A stretch of 64,000 nucleotides of DNA from Macrostomum lignano (lineage: Eukaryota): NCBI GenBank assembly GCA_002269645.1, contig NIVC01001831.1:1-64000 (forward strand), written 5' to 3'. The notes below the pieces were generated by a model. The model searched no databases and was not told the origin of the DNA. It saw only the letters and a program-made list of their open reading frames with translations. Positions 20,201-33,246 of the stretch are shown piece by piece (the stretch's first letter is position 1; each line of letters begins with the position of its first letter). The translations under genes were made by a program, and so were the position numbers.

Positions 20201-23200
20201 AGAGCACCATCGGGGTAGAGTTCGCCACCAGGAGCATCCAGGTTGATGGCAAGGTCATCAAGAGTCAGATCTGGGACACGGCTGGTCAGGAGCGGTGGGT
20301 CGCTGTTGTTTTTTATTTTGATGCGCATTTGATGGCAAATTTTATTAGAGGCAATTTTTTTTAATATGGAACTGCATCGACTGTCTGAAGTGTTGGATAT
20401 GGCGGGCAACTAGGCATCAGGGAATTTCAAATGTAAACATGAAACAACATCTTGGGGGTGAAACAGGGAAAAGTTAAAAATAAAGCCATGGATATTTTTA
20501 GGATAGAAAATTTTCAGAGGCTTCCAGCTTTTCATCTCTGAAGTGCTTCTGCCCTGAGTCACTCGGTTGCGTTATTAAGATTGCTAAAGTACGAGCTAAC
20601 AAAAGTGCAGTGGCAGTACCTGAGGGCAGAAAGAGGGAAATCCCCGGGACGCTTTGCAAAAGCCTTATTTGATTCTATTTGTAATCTTAGACTATGAAGT
20701 TCAACCATAGACAAAATATACATAGACAACCAATGCTGTTCTGCACGCGGAATCAAATAAGAAGATGCACGTGACGTTTCTACCCGGAAAATCGGGTGGG
20801 AATAATAGAAGGATATGTCTATGGTTCCTCAGGCCGACATGGCATAATCCTCGGGCTGCAGCCATCCATATTATTCCTAAATTTCGAGGGTTAAAGGCAT
20901 GGATGAAAGAATACACTAGATTGCTCATCTGAAATAGTCTACGAGCGTATGGTCGAGTTCTTTCCTCCAAACTTGGAATTTACCCCCCCCCCCTAGGAAT
21001 CTATTAGCTGATGAAAGTTGAAAATGGTCCCCCGTAGGACTTGACTGGCTGCTGAATCAGTCTATCAAATACATCTTTGGATTTCCCTCAACTTCCCCCT
21101 GACTGATTCAGCAGCTAGTCAAGTCCTACGGGGGATTATTTTTAACTTTCATCAGCCAATAGATTCCTAGGGGGGGGGGTAAATTCCAAGTTTGGAGGAA
21201 AGAACTCGACCATACGCTCGTAGACTATTTCAGATGAGCAATCCAGTGTATTCCTTCATCCATGGTTAAAGGCATAGTCTAAAACAGCGGGCCGAAATGA
21301 AATGATGTGGCCCGCTGTCTATTTACCACTGCTAAAGTGCCGGGCCAAATTATCATTTCGTCCCGCTACAGTGTGGGTGTGGGGGCAAATGCGTTAAGTT
21401 CGACCATAGACAAAATGTTCCAGGCCACATACTGATAGTTGTATTCATGTTTCGGCCCGAGAAAATTTACCATTATTGCTCTGAGCGATTTCGCTTCCTT
21501 GGCTTCCGACCATAGACAGAGCAGTCAGGAGCAGCAGAGACCATCCATGGATAAAGGAAATGGCTAGATCGCTATGAAAATCTAATATTTGAGGATACGC
21601 CATGTACAAGGCTGGAGTCGCTAGTCTGGGCCCGCCGGCTTGTGCAATCGTTTTTTTGTTTTAAGAAAATAAAGAAAAAAGCTTTTGCCACTTGACTCAG
21701 GAAACTTTCCGAATCTATCGTTGAATTTCTTCGAATCAATTGAGTTGAGTTGTCTGGCACAGTTAAGCACAAAGTTAAGCACAGTTGGTGGTGGTTAGTA
21801 TGCAACTGAATGGAGGCTTTAGCGTCAGCCCTAAAGCCAGTGAGCAGTAAGCGAGTTTCAAATAAGCTGAGCTCCAGCTCACCCTGGTGTGATTGGACAG
21901 CAGCTCTGAGCTCCAGCTCACCCTGCTGTGATTGGACAGCAGCTCTGAGCTGCGGTAGAAATGCATGTTAGGAGTTGTTAGCACTGTGCAGTCAATCTGG
22001 GTGCGGTTAGACATGCTTCTTTAACTTCCATCGGGCTGGTTAACGAGGCCGGCCAACCCCGAACTGTCGCAGCTACCGGGCCATCACCTCGGCCTATTAC
22101 CGCGGTGCCGTGGGCGCCCTGCTGGTGTACGACATCGCCAAGCACCAGAGCTACGAGAACTGCGAGCGCTGGCTCCGGGAGCTGCGGGACCACGCCGATC
22201 AGAACATCGTCATCACCCTAGTTGGCAACAAGTGCGACCTCCGGCACCTGCGCGCAGTGCCCACCGATGAGGCTCAGGCGTTTGCCGAGAGGAGCAACCT
22301 CAGCTTCATTGAGACCAGCGCGCTTGACTCTACAAATGTTGAGGAAGCGTTTGTACAGATCCTGACAGGTGCGTTTCTGCTTGCGTACTTCTCTGCCTGC
22401 CTGTGCAGATACTGACATGGGATTTCGTACAGATTCTGATATAATGTGATTTTACATATTCTGATATCATGTGCTTGTACATATTCTGATATCATGTGTT
22501 TGTACATATTCTGATATCATGTGTTTGTACATATTCTGATATCATGTGTTTGTACATATTCTGATATCATGTGTTTGTGCAGATTCTGATATAATGTGTT
22601 TGCACAGATTCTGATATAATGTGTTTGCACAGATTCTGATATAATGTGTTTGCACAGATTCTGATATAATGTGTTTGTACAGATCCTGATATAATGTGTT
22701 TGTACAGATCCTGATATAATGTGTTTGTACAGATTCTGATATTATGTGTTTGCACAGATCCTGATATCATGTGTTTGCTCAGATTCTGATATAATGTGTT
22801 TGTACAGATCCTGATATTATGTGTTTGCACAGATCCTGATATAATTTGTTTGCACAGATTCTGATATTATGTGTTTGTACAAATTCTGAAATATGTTTTT
22901 GTACAAATTCTGATACATGTGTTTGTACAGATTCTGATATTATGTGTTTGTACATATTCTGATGTGTTTTTGTACAGATTCTGAAATGTGTTTGTACCGA
23001 TTCTAATATGTGTTTGTACAGATCCTGATATTATGTGTTTGCACAGATTCTGATATAATTTGTTTGCACAGATTCTGATATAATGTGTTTGTACAGATTC
23101 TGATATAATGTGTTTGTACAGATTCTGATATAATGTGTTTGTACAGATTCTGATATATGTTTTTGTACAAATTCTGATATATGTATTTGTACAGATTCTG

Positions 23201-23563
23201 ATATAATGTGTTTGTACAGATTCTGATATGTTTTTGTACAGATTCTGAAATGTGTTTGTCAGATTCTAATATGTGTTTGTACAGATCCTGGTATCATGTG
23301 TTTGCACACTGAGTGTGTTTGCAGTGTTTGCACACTCATTCAGACATGCCGGCAGCAACCCTGACTTGCCCTGCAAGCATTCTTCTAGCTTTTTCCGCCG
23401 CCCCCTGTCCCCCACAGCCATCTACCGCATCGTGAGCGCCCGCCAGGTGAAGGAGGAGCCGGGAGCGGCCGGCCAGTGGGGCGGGCCGCAGCAGCAGCAG
23501 CGGTCAGCCGGCGTCAGCCTGAAGCAGCCGCAGCAGCCAGCCAAGAAGTCGTGCTGCGAGTGA
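14232..23563 (+). CDS. Rab11: Rab11 small GTPase, 218 aa; exons 14232-14271, 20120-20294, 22073-22368, 23418-23563
   Basis: [90 protein letters not shown] (CCX prenylation motif). GT-AG introns with consistent phases 1, 2, 1; total 657 nt. Confidence 0.97.
14700..15590. repeat. ~0.9-kb polypyrimidine (T/C) low-complexity tract in Rab11 intron 1
   Basis: The plus strand is almost entirely T and C with very few G. Confidence 0.9.
17952..18482 (-). mobile_element. Internally deleted mariner element (~530 bp) with TA target duplication
   Basis: TIRs TA-TGAGGGATGTTCCAAAAGTTCTGAGACTTTT and AAAAGTCTCAGAACTTTTGGAACACCCCTTG-TA. Minus-strand transposase C-terminus [46 protein letters not shown]. Confidence 0.92.
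18486..18601. repeat. ~3.8 x 31-bp tandem repeat
   Basis: Unit AGTGCACATTTAACTTAGTTTTGACTGCACC. Confidence 0.9.
20898..21264. mobile_element. hAT-type palindromic MITE (367 bp) in Rab11 intron 2
   Basis: Inverted arms 20898-21061 and 21102-21264 around a 40-nt spacer. Ends CATGGATG...CATCCATG. Perfect 8-bp TSD GTTAAAGG at 20890-20897 and 21265-21272. Confidence 0.88.
22400..23310. repeat. ~24-25-bp minisatellite filling Rab11 intron 3
   Basis: Unit GTTTGTACAGATYCTGATATAATGT, roughly 35 degenerate copies. Confidence 0.95.
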
Positions 23564-24633
23564 ACAAGCTCGAGGCCAGCGTCATTTATTCAGCAAAGCG
23601 CAGCGTGATTGCGGACACAGAGCACCTTGCAATTTCTAATTCAGTTAACAGAGGAATTGCTGGAATTTGGCCGTCATTCCCCATAATTAATTCATACAAT
23701 TGTAATTTATGGCTCGCTGATTGTCTCCGCTATTTTGTCCTTAACTTAGTTGAAAATCTTATTTTTTGACAACATAGCGCTACTTGCCTACTGTTAGTAA
23801 CTTGATTGCGTTGGAATAGAATTTTTGTATTCAAACTTATTTAGGCCAGCTAAATAATTGCGCGCACAAGCTGTATTCGCTGCACAATATTGTACCCGAT
23901 GTGTGCCGTACACGAGTACTGAAGCATGTAACCAGAGCGGTCTGTCCCGATTCCAAATGCCCTTGCTGCTCTACTGTTAGTAAGATTACAAGGTCTGATA
24001 CATTATTCAATAATATCAGCAACCATTTTGTTACAAATTTCGCTGTTAATCGCATATTCCTACTCATAGTAGCGCAGGTCAGTTTGGGGCCTGTTTTTCT
24101 TACTGAGCACCAAACCTCTCGCTGAAGTTTGCTTTCATTACTACTATAAGGCCTTAGATTGTCCATGAAGCAGGTCACAAAGATCAATTATTAATATTAA
24201 TTAGTTGCATCTACATAATGAGCCTCTGAGCTGTTTAGTCTGGTGCCAGCACTGCAGTAACAAATTAGTAGCAAAATTTATTCTGAGACTCAATATATGC
24301 TTTATTATTCTGCTCTGATTGCCCAGTGATTTTCTCTCTTAATATTTGCTTAGGATAATCGGTCAGATTGCGCAATAAATATATAAAGTGCATTGCCAAC
24401 GCCCATGTAATGCCAACCAGTCTGGGTCGCTCCCGTTGCCATGGCGTTGCTTAGCCTCGTTGATTGGCGCCCCGCAACGGCATAGTTGCTAAAATTTGTT
24501 GCTATGGCTACTGCATTGTGTCTGTTTACATTATTTGTGGTACAGGATATTAACTATGCACTGGGGTACCGAAATGATGTGCATTTTTCTACAATTAATT
24601 TCCACTGCAGTTTTTTTCAAATTCTTTTAATAA

Positions 24634-25098
24634 GTGACTGCTAGACTTGGAGCCTCACCTTCAGGTGCATGTAGGAAGTCAACAAGTGACTGGGCTTGGC
24701 GCCTCACCTTCAGGTGCATGTAGGAAGTCAACAAGTGACTGGGCTAGGCGCCTCACCTTCAGGTGCATGTAGGAAGTCAACAAGTGACTGGGCTAGGCGC
24801 CTCACCTTCAGGTGCATGTAGGAAGTCGATTAGTGACTGGGCTTGGCGCCTCACCTTCAGGTGCATGTAGGAAGTCGATTAGTGACTGGGCTTGGCGCCT
24901 CACCTTCAGGTGCATGTAGGAAGTCGATTAGTGACTGGGCTTGGCGCCTCACCTTCAGGTGCATGTAGGAAGTCGATTAGTGACTGGGCTTGGCGCCTCA
25001 CCTTCAGGTGCATGTAGGAAGTCGATTAGTGACTGGGCTTGGCGCCTCACCTTCAGGTGCATGTAGGAAGTCGATTAGTGACTGGGCTTGGCGCCTCA
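24634..25098. repeat. ~9 x 49-bp tandem repeat between Rab11 and the NACHT gene
   Basis: Unit GTGACTGGGCTTGGCGCCTCACCTTCAGGTGCATGTAGGAAGTCGATTA; period 49 (24784 to 24833). Confidence 0.95.
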
Positions 25099-25922
25099 AA
25101 TTTCAATATTCTTCAGCTGAGGACGCAACATGAGGAGGCTTCAAGCTTCAAGCAATTTGATGGTTTGCAGAAATTAGCCGGTCTGTTAATGAATGAACAA
25201 TCCAGCTCCATGTACGTAAGATATAAAAAGGATAGATATAGCTCGTAGAATCCTAATTTTCCAAACGAAAACCATTATAAATAGAGCTATAAGAAAGCTT
25301 AGAAGCCCCTTGGAGCTATAAGAAAGGCAAGTCATGTCAATAGATCACTGGGTCTGCCTACTATAAAAAACAATAACAGTTTTTGTGCTGAATGTAATGT
25401 AGTTTTTGGTAAAACTTGCCTCCTAAAATTTTTTCACGAAATGTAGTTTCTCGTCCTTTCACTTGAGTTATTGAGTAGTCCTTGGAGCGTACCTGCATGC
25501 TTGAAGAAGTCCTTGTGCTTACGCGAAATCATTCTTGCTTGTCTCTCAATTGCCAGAGGACAGTGGAGAGAGAAATATTGCACTGTACTTCTCTGCCCCC
25601 CACCTAGTCTAATAAACATTCTTTGACGGGGAATGAGATTGGGGTGGTGGGCTGCACAGGCTGTCTTGCTTTATCTGGGTGTACTCGTACTGTGGGGCAT
25701 GTACGCATAGCTCTCTACCCCTCTGTGGCCCAGTGTACACTGGCCCCGTTCTGCCCTGCCCAACCCTTAATAGTCCGCGCTGCGGCGGCCAGATGCTTTC
25801 AGTCAGGCATAGCGTGGGAGAAAAATAAAGAAGCGCCAGTCTTCGTGCTCTCAGACGACAGACACTGGCCAACCAGTTATGCATTGGCGGCTGTGGCTGT
25901 TGAAGCCGCTGTCTGCACAATA

Positions 25923-28900
25923 ATGTCGGCAGCGGTTAAAGATGCTTCCAGAAGCGCCACGGCCACTGCGGCTGCGTCCGAGCGCCAGCGCCGGGAGCTG
26001 CTGCGCGGCCGAGTGAGCCGCCTGCCGCCCGTCCGCAGCCTGGTGGTCCGTGTCCTGGTCCGCGGCCTGCGCGACTCGGGACCGGCCAGCGCTGCCGGCG
26101 CTCCGTCTCTCAGCTCGCACCTGGCCAGCCGGGCGCTGCCCCGCCTGCGCAAGTACTGCCGAGATCGCTACGGCATCGACTTCCTCGCCGTCGGCGTTGA
26201 CGATGACGACGTCGATAGTAGCGGCGGGCAGGCCGGGGCCGCCGCGGTCTCCCAACCCACAGCTTCGCTGCCTTCAACCATCTCCGAGGCCGAGTTCGTG
26301 CGGACGAGGGCGGCTTTGGCGGCCGAATCGGAGACAGCCGCGGGCTGGCTGGACAGCTGCTACCGGCGCGACGACAACAGCGTGAAGGCGCCGGAGTGGC
26401 TGCTGCAGTCCGCTGAGCAGGTGCAGGTGAGCAGGCTGTAGTTGTCTTTGACAGCTGAGTAGCCAGGGCCCGGGCAAGGAACCTCCTGATTGACTGGCAG
26501 AAGTGCATGCCACCCCTTGGAGCAGCTCTGCCACCCCTTGGAGCAGCTCTGCCACCCCTTGGAGCAGCTCTGCCACCCCTTGGAGCAGCTCTGCCGCTAC
26601 CTGGAGCAGCTTTGCCGCTACCTGGAGCAGCTCTGCCGCCCCTTTTGGAGCAGCTCTGCCGCCCCCCTTGGAGCAGCTCTGCCGCCCCTTGGAGCAGCTC
26701 TGCCGCCCCTTGGAGCAGCTCTGCCGCCCCTTGGAGCAGCTCTGCCGCCCCCCTTGGAGCAGCTCTGCCGCCCCTTGGAGCAGCTCTACCGCCCCCCTTG
26801 GAGCAGCTCTGCCGCCCCTTGGAGCAGCTCTGCCACCCCTTGGAGCAGCTCTGCCGCCCCTTGGAGCAGCTCTGCCGCCCCCCTTGGAGCAGCTCTGCCG
26901 CCCCTTGGAGCAGCTCTGCCACCCCTTGGAGCAGCTCTGCCGCCCCTTGGAGCAGCTCTGGCGTCCCTTGCAGTGTTTTAGCACCCATCGTCAAATGAAA
27001 TGGCGCCTTCAAAGATTCAGCCTCAAATACGCTCGTAAAAGCTCCTGTCTCCAACCCCGTCAGGTAAACAGTTGTATCGCTCGTCATCCAAATTCTTATC
27101 AGTACATGTAGCACTCAAACCCCCGCTGCCAATCACCGCCCAGCTGCCCAAGCGGCAGTGGCTGGACTTGGAGAACCGGCTGTCCGCAGCACTGCGAAGG
27201 GTCGCCGCCAGCCTCCAGCAGCAGCAGCGCGCGGCGCCCGTGGCGGCAGTCGACGACCCGACAGGCCGGCTGGACATCGAGATCGACGTCCGGCAGTTGG
27301 CCGGCTGGTCACCCGACTGCGCCTCGTCACCGGAGAGTCTGGACACGCTGACCCGCGACTACGTCAACGCCGTCACCCAGCTGATCGACGGCCGCCTACG
27401 CCATCAGTCGGAGATTCCCACGGCCGACCCGCTGCTGGCTGAGGTGCTGCAGCACGCGGCCGCCTGCGCCCGATATTTGACGAACTTCCGCGGCCGGGAG
27501 GCCGAGCTGGCCGCCGTCCGGCGCTACCTGGCCGGCCCCGCTGATAACTGCGAGGCCCGCTGCCGCCTGCCACTGATCGTTCACGGACCGTCTGGCAGCG
27601 GCAAGACCTCTGTGATGGCGCGGGCCGCCGCCTCCGCTGTTGCCTGGGCCGCCGAAGAGGAGGCCGTGCCCGACGATCCGGACCGCGACGCCGATGCTGT
27701 TGCCGGGACAGCCACACGGGAGCCACCGCAGCCTCCGCTGGTGCTGCTGCGCTTCCTGGGCACCAGCCCGGAGTCCAGCGGCATTCGACGCACTTTGCGC
27801 TCCCTGACTGTCCAGCTGGCCGACCTACTGGCCCAGGAGGAAGCAGCCGGCCAGCCAGCCGCTCCTCCGCCGCACAGCTTCAACGAACTCGTGACGGCCT
27901 TCAATTCGCTGCTGGAGCGTCTCGGACAGCGCCGCCGGGTGCTGCTATTTCTGGACAGCCTCGACCAGCTCGACGGCTCTGACGGCGCCTTCCACCTGGG
28001 CTGGCTGCGCACCCCCCTCCCGCCGGGCGTCCGCATGGTGCTGTCCGCCCTGCCCGACCAGCGGGCCGGCATCCTGGCCGCCTGCCGGTCGCGGTTTCCC
28101 GACCCGGCCAGCTACGTGGCCGTGGAGCCGGCCGGGGTGCCGCTGTGTCGCGAGATCCTCGGCTCGCTGCTCAGCCAGCGCGGCCGCCGCCTCACAGAGC
28201 AGCAGTGGGCAGCGGTGGACGCCGCTCTGGCCGGCTGCTCGCTGCCGATCTTCGCCACCCTGCTGGCCAGCCGGGCCGCCGCCTGGCGCTCGTTTCACCG
28301 GCCGAACCCGCTAAGCCTGCGGAGCACCGTGCGGGAGGCCGTCTGCCACGTGTTCGACCAGCTGGTGGCGACTCACGGATGCGTCTTGGTTGGTTTTGGA
28401 AATTCGTAGTCTGAAGCTGCTTGGCCTGAGGATTAGGGGAAGATCTAGTGTCGCCAAATGTGATCATGTCAGTATCTAGGATCAGTGCGTATGATTAGGG
28501 ATGTGGGATCAGTATCTGGGATTCACTTGCAACCTTACCGACCTCCCGCAGACCCGCCACTCCCTAGCCTACATCACGGCGTCCCGCAATGGTCTCACCG
28601 AGTCGGAGCTTGAAGACCTGCTCAGCCTTGATGACGAGATCTTGGCTGAGGTGATTGACACCTACCCGCGAACTGGCGCTCTCCGTTTCCCTTCGATCCG
28701 GTGGACGAAGCTGCGCCAGGCGATCGGGTCGCGCTTGGCCGACCGGGAGGCCGACGGCGCCCGGGTGCTGAACTGGTACCACCGGCAGTTCAAGGAGGCC
28801 GCCGAGGCCTACTTCCTGGGCGACGCCGACTTCGCCAGGCGGGTGCACTCTGACATGGCTGACTACTTCCTGGGAGTCTGGGCCGGCCGGAAGAAGCCGT

Positions 28901-30610
28901 ACCGATACCCGCTGCGGTGCCGGGTTGTGCAGGTGTGCCAGAGTGACTGCTGGAGTGACTGCTGTTGGATTGGTTTCTTAAGTGACAGACCATAAAGATT
29001 ATCTTTGCAAAATAATTTAGAGAGACTCATCTGCTCGCTACTGTCAGTAGTGCATCCCCCAAACAAAAGCACTTTTCCCCCGTCCTCGCCGCCAGGGTCT
29101 CCCTGAGCAGAGTGCCGAGGACCGACTGTCCCCCGGCCAGCCCTATGTCCTGCGCTGGCTGTCCGCCGGCCAGCAGTCGCGGCCGCAACCAGACGAGCAG
29201 TGGAACCTGCGCCGGCTCAGCGAGCTGCCGTGGCACCTGGCGCTGGCCGACCGGCGCGACGACTTTTACCGGTGCACCGCCTTCGACCTGGACTTCCTGT
29301 TCTACAAGCTCAGAGCCTCCGGCAGGCAGCAGCTGCTGACCGACCTGGAGCTGCCGCTGCACTGCTGGGGTGCCGGCATGGACGCCGAGGCGCAGCTCGT
29401 GTACAACGCCGTCCGCATGGCCGCCCAGAGCCTCGCCTGCGACCCAACCAGCCTGGCCGTGGACCTCCTCGGCCGCCTGCTCGGCTTCGTCCGGCCGGAG
29501 CGGCCCCGCCTGGCCGCCCTACTGCGCGACTGTCGAGTCTCGCGCCGCGCCCTCGGCCGCTGCTGCCTGCTGCCGCGGACGCAGTGCTTCGACTCCGGCT
29601 CCGGCCCGCTGCAGGCCAGCTTTGACCTCGGCTTGGCCATGGGGATCGCCATGCCCGGCGGCCGCCTGCTCTGCTTTTCCCTGGTCAGCAATGACGTCAT
29701 CTGGTACGATTTGCAGGTGAGAAGGCCACAAATGTCCGACCCATCTTTCTGCTTACCCGACATCCTCCTGACCCATCATCCTCTGAAAACAGTATCGTAC
29801 TGCAAAACAATTTTGTCTCCTGAGCATCTCTCAAACCCTCGTCGATCTCCCGATGTCCCCTGAATTGCCAGGGCAACGAGCTGAAGCGCATCGCCTGCCA
29901 GCACAACCTGTTCCTGTCCATGAAGTACCTCTCCCTCACTCCGATATCGGAGGGCTGCGTGGTGCACGTGACTTCAACTCGAACGTCTGACGCAGACGCT
30001 GTTCAGGAAAATGCGCCAGACTCTTCAGCAGCAGCTCCTGCAGCTGAGCGGACCTTCGAGCTGCTGCGCGTCGATCTGGAGACTGGCAGTGCCAGCGTGT
30101 TGCACACGTTCGACAAAGACCTGCGCCTCAGCTGCGACTGCGTCGAGTCCGTCACAGAGACTCACCTGCTCTGCGCCTCGAACAAGTCCGACGCTACGGG
30201 CACCGCGGTCTGGCGGCTGTACTCCGTCACCGAGGCGGCCTTCGTGCCGCTGGTCGAAGGCAAGCGCGAGCTCGAGTGCCGCATCGGAGCGCAGAATTTT
30301 CACACCGGCCGCCGCCTGCTGGCGATCGCCTTCGACGCCGACGACGGCTGCGAGCTGGTACTGCGGGATCTCCTGGACGGCTCCGGCAGGGCACCGCCGA
30401 GGATCAACGCCAGTAAAAGCCTGACAGAGTTCTGCCGCCGAGCTGCCGAGCTCAGGCGACAGAGGCGCGAGCTCAGGCTGCAGGAGCAGCAACAGGCTCA
30501 GGAGCCAAGGCAGCCGCAGGAACAGCAGCAACCACAGGAGCAACAAAATCAGCTGCCGCGGGAGCAGCCGCAACGAGAGCAACACCACCACCACCACCAC
30601 CAGCAGCAGC

Positions 30611-30684
<74 letters not shown>

Positions 30685-30687
30685 CGT

Positions 30688-30735
<48 letters not shown>

Positions 30736-30750
30736 CAACAACAACAACAT

Positions 30751-30798
<48 letters not shown>

Positions 30799-33246
30799 CA
30801 GCAACAGCAGCAAATATCCATGCAAGCCCAGCAGCCTGAGGGCCCAAAGCCAAACGAAGAGCTGCAATGCCAACACCAGCAGGAGGCAGAACAAGCCAGC
30901 CAAGATGAGCAGCAGCAGCCGGTCAGTCAGCCCGAGGGCGCGGAAGACGATGATTTCGGAGCTGCCGCCCTGGACGAGGAAGGCGAGCCTGTCGACTGGC
31001 GGGTGGCCGCCCTGCTGATCGACGCCAACCTGCGGCTTGTCTACCTGGCCGAAGGCCGGCGCTGCCGCCTGGCTCTGGCCGTGGCCGAGCTCGCTCCCGC
31101 TGACGATCTGGACGGCCGCTGCCAGCTGCGAGTCGTCCACGCGCAACAGGTGGGCGCAGCCTCGCCATCCAGCGGGGGAGTTCGCTACTCGCAGAACTTC
31201 TGCTCGCCAGACCGGGACCGCCTGGCCTTCCTAATGAGCACCAGGTTCGCCTCCGATTTTTGCTCCCGCGGCCTCATCTGGCACGTCGCCGAGCGGCGCG
31301 CCGTCTGGCTTCGGATTCCCGATGACATGGCCGACTATCGCGACTGCGTCAGAAACTTCGGCGACGGCGTCCAGGCGAAGTTTAGCGAGGACGGCCGGCT
31401 GCTACTGACCTCGGCGAGGCGGGCGCTGCTCATGGCGTGGTCCGCGCAGGACGGCGCCCTGCTGCGGGTGCTCCGCCTGGGCAGCGCCGAGGCCTTCCTG
31501 TCCGGCCAGCCGCCCGGTACGGACTACTTCATCGTGTGCCACTTCCCGGACGAGTCGGCCGGTCATGAAGACCGGATGTTCATCATGGCCAAAGTGCTCG
31601 ACCTGCGCCGCCTTGTTGGCGATGAAGCCGCTGACAGCGATGAGGCGGCGAAGGCCCTCCTGCCGGCCTTTCAGCACCGCGAAGGCCGCGCGTGCGTGGT
31701 CGCCGAGCCGCGCGGCTCTTCTAATGGCCTCGTTTGCGTCTCCGACCAGGCCGCGCACGTCATCGACCTGCGGCAGGCGCGCGTGCCCGAGGGGGTTCGT
31801 CCGGTGGACCTGGCCGAGGACAGGCCGTTTTGCAGCGCCACTGAACTTGATCACGTGACCGTCCGACAAGGCCACCAGCCGCCGTCGCTGCTGATTAGCC
31901 GTGACACGAACCTGGTCGGCCGGCTCCACCGCGAGCAGCAGCAGCAGCCACCTGAGGAGTCTCAGGCGAAGCTCCTTCACCAGCTGTACGGCCTGAAGCT
32001 GCAGTTGCCGAGCGAGAGCGACGAGGAGTCCTGCTGCCACTGGCACGCCGCCTGCCAGCTGTTTGACATCGACGCTTACAGGCTGGCCACGCCGACGCTG
32101 CTCCCAGCTGCCCCCGTCAGCACCGGTGGCGTCGACGGCTTCGACCTGCTGGACCCTCAGCGGCAGCGCGTGGTGTCGGTGAGGGCCGCCGCCAGGGCCG
32201 CCGCCAGGCCCGCCGCCTTCCGCATAGCCGTGCTGGACGCCGTCAGCTTCAGAGTCGCCTGCGTGGACGTCGGCCCCGACCAGCTGTGGGACGTCGGCAC
32301 CGATGAGCAGCCCGCCGTGTTCCACCGGCCCGACAACTTCCTGGCGCGCTTCCGCCCCGCCCTGGCGTTGGCCGTCGGCGACAACGAGGTGGCCTCCACG
32401 AGCAGCCTAGCGGCGCTGCTTCGCCGCAACTGGCACGCGCCGGGCACCCAGCTGGCCGTGTGCGCCGCCCTGCTGGACCGCGCTGCCGGCCGCCTTTCGC
32501 TGGCCGTCACCAGCCGGGTGGCGCCGTCTGAGCGGCTCCGCCGGACCGGTGAAGCGAACGAGCCGCCGGTGCTGTGGCTCGGCCGGGTGGTCCGCGCCAA
32601 TCTCGGCAATGGCGGTGACATCGGCCTGGAGTTCGGCGGCCTGCTGGACCTGGGCCCCGCTGCCGAGTTCCTGCCGCCCGACGGGGCCAAGCTGCTGAAC
32701 TACAAGCTGCAGCTGCTGGACAGCTTGACCGGCCAGCTGCTCGCCAGCATCCGGCCGGCTTCGGCCGAGCCGCTGTACTTTGTCCGGCTGGGCCTGACCT
32801 CCGACCTGCAGCTGGCGGTCGGGCAGGCCTACTCGCCCGCCTATCGGGTCACCTTCGCCGTGTTCGACGACGAGGAGCTGGCGGAGGCTGGCGGCGGCGA
32901 CGACGACTCCGACATGTTCGCCATCACACCGCCGAGGGTGTTGCAGGTAAGGCCTCCGGGCTGGTGTACATGTGCGCTAAATGCAGGCAGCTGATGGAGC
33001 AGCTACTGAGTGAGCAGCCATTGAGAACCAGTTGTACATACTAAATGCACCCCAGCTGCATTTGAACTGTGCCCGCAGGTCTACCGTCTGTCGGACAGCA
33101 GGTGCCTTGCCAACTACATGTTCGAGAGCGACCCGCTCGGCTTCTGTCTGCTCGGCGAGGAGCGCCGCCAGCTGCTGGTGGTGACGCACAACTTCCCGCT
33201 GATGCTGATGTCAGTAGCCGACGAGGCCGAGGCCACGGAGCCCTAG
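25923..33246 (+). CDS. NWD1/NWD2-like NACHT (STAND) protein, ~1997 aa; exons 25923-26426, 27144-28388, 28552-28932, 29096-29716, 29872-32946, 33079-33246
   Basis: N-terminal LLRGRVSRLPP..VVRVL, LPRLRKYCRDRYGIDF and LDSCYRRDDNSV resemble the NWD N-terminus. Walker A HGPSGSGKTS, Walker B LLFLDSLDQL, then HSLAYITASRNGLTESELEDLLSLDDE and NLRRLSELPWHL. All junctions are GT-AG and phase 0. The exon 2 acceptor is the least certain (27072 is an alternative). Confidence 0.88.
26505..26965. repeat. 21-22-bp minisatellite in NACHT gene intron 1
   Basis: Unit CCCCTTGGAGCAGCTCTGCCRC, about 21 copies. Confidence 0.95.
30601..30813 (+). repeat. Coding CAA/CAG tract: 71 codons, 69 Gln (interrupted by one Arg and one His), preceded by His6
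   Basis: Counted in frame within exon 29872-32946. Confidence 0.95.

Noticed and set aside
24634-25098. Regular 49-bp array (also the 85-, 57- and 50-bp arrays) as a CRISPR array
   Set aside because: Units are contiguous with no unique spacers, there are no cas genes, and the context is eukaryotic.
26110-27114. Several long ORFs across the 21-22-bp array
   Set aside because: Periodic translations of an intronic minisatellite, open in many frames.
27133-32690. Numerous overlapping and antisense ORFs in the NACHT exons (and at 53115-54192)
   Set aside because: Expected shadow ORFs of very GC-rich coding sequence with no motif support.
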